NCBI GenBank assembly: GCA_026770705.1
Contig: JANJGN010000040.1
Coordinates: 8,618,001-8,682,000, forward strand
From: Isurus oxyrinchus
Lineage: Eukaryota
Direction of reading: 5' to 3'
Length of the DNA stretch: 64,000 nt
In this document: in pieces, positions 63,166 through 64,000 of the stretch
Layout of the letters: every line of letters starts with the position of its first letter
How positions within the stretch are numbered: the stretch's first letter is position 1
Notes under the pieces: generated by a model
The model's input: the letters and a program-made list of their open reading frames with translations, nothing else
What the model was told of the DNA's origin: nothing
Databases searched by the model: none
Translations under genes and position numbers: made by a program

Positions 63166-64000
63166 TTAAAAATGCTCTTTCAAGGTAATCGGGAAGAGTC
63201 AGCATGGTTTTGTGATAGGAAAATCATGTTTAACCCATTTATTAGAGTTATATTAAGGGGTAACATATTGAATGGATAAATAACGGCCCATAAATATACT
63301 ATACTTGTATTGTGAATGTCAACATGAAGGCCCTTTAGGACTCGGCCACCTCGCCCTGTGCTGTGTTCTGAGCCACTTTTGGTGATGAACGTTGACAATG
63401 TGCCGCCACCTCCGTGACATGATCTGTCAGGTATCATTCCATGAGTATGACTATATCTGACTTCGGTGCTGATTAAGGTCTCAGAACATTGCAGGCTTGA
63501 GTCCTGTCATGATCCTTTTAAACGGAAATCTGGTGGAACTCCCTGAAAACCACGTTCTTACTTGGCAGCTGAAGGTTCTCATTTTTCTTACAAACATTAA
63601 AGGGCTCTTAGGAATTAACACATGAAATGACATAAAAAGTACATTTTAATAAAGAGCGTTGCAATTCCCAGAAGAGAATGTGGAATAAGAATTAAAGCCA
63701 CCCAGTATTAAAGCGGAATGGAATGAATTTGGAATAAATAAGTTTGTTACATCTCTCGATGTGTTTGCTAAACAATGTTACACCTAACTCTGTTCTGTTG
63801 AAGATCAGAAGCAGTGATATCAGTTTGCGCCACTCGCCAGCTGGGCCTGTGGTTGCGCCTCGCCAATCACGTGGGTAATGCAATTCTGCCGGTCCCTTAG
63901 GTCAGCTTCCATTTTCGGAGAAATTCCAAGTCATCGTGATTTCATCAGGGACCTCATGTTTAAGGTGTGAGTGATGTAAATCATGACCTGATCAAATGTG

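Noticed and set aside
63825-63880. CpG patch with CCAATCACGTG near the window end
   Set aside because: It may be a promoter for something outside the window, but nothing in view supports a call.

Overview
This is eukaryotic, non-microbial DNA. The repeat families and the MV(D/E)EKK-type H2B tails point to a cartilaginous fish (shark), which is an inference. The window is a decaying, transposon-invaded part of a replication-dependent histone cluster. It holds H4 (+, with a D85G change), H2A (-), two intact H2B genes in inverted orientation, a 5'-destroyed H2B pseudogene and an orphan H2A promoter plus start codon. It also has one intact tRNA-Gly(TCC) and a tRNA-Lys remnant. No H3 or H1 coding region is visible. 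The spacers are a degenerate 40-46 bp tandem repeat and a repeated non-coding module, and their orientation flips near 17 kb. Transposons include many CR1/L2 fragments, SINEs, two probable solo LTRs, a Harbinger Myb-gene remnant and Penelope elements carrying hammerhead-ribozyme motifs. The most notable structure is a full-length 7.0 kb Tx1-clade LINE with a 13 bp target-site duplication (TSD). It sits exactly at the unit boundary of an 88 bp tandem tail of a tRNA-Thr-like SINE, and is a candidate SINE-targeting, sequence-specific retrotransposon system. All alignments were done by eye. Boundaries of old repeats are approximate.
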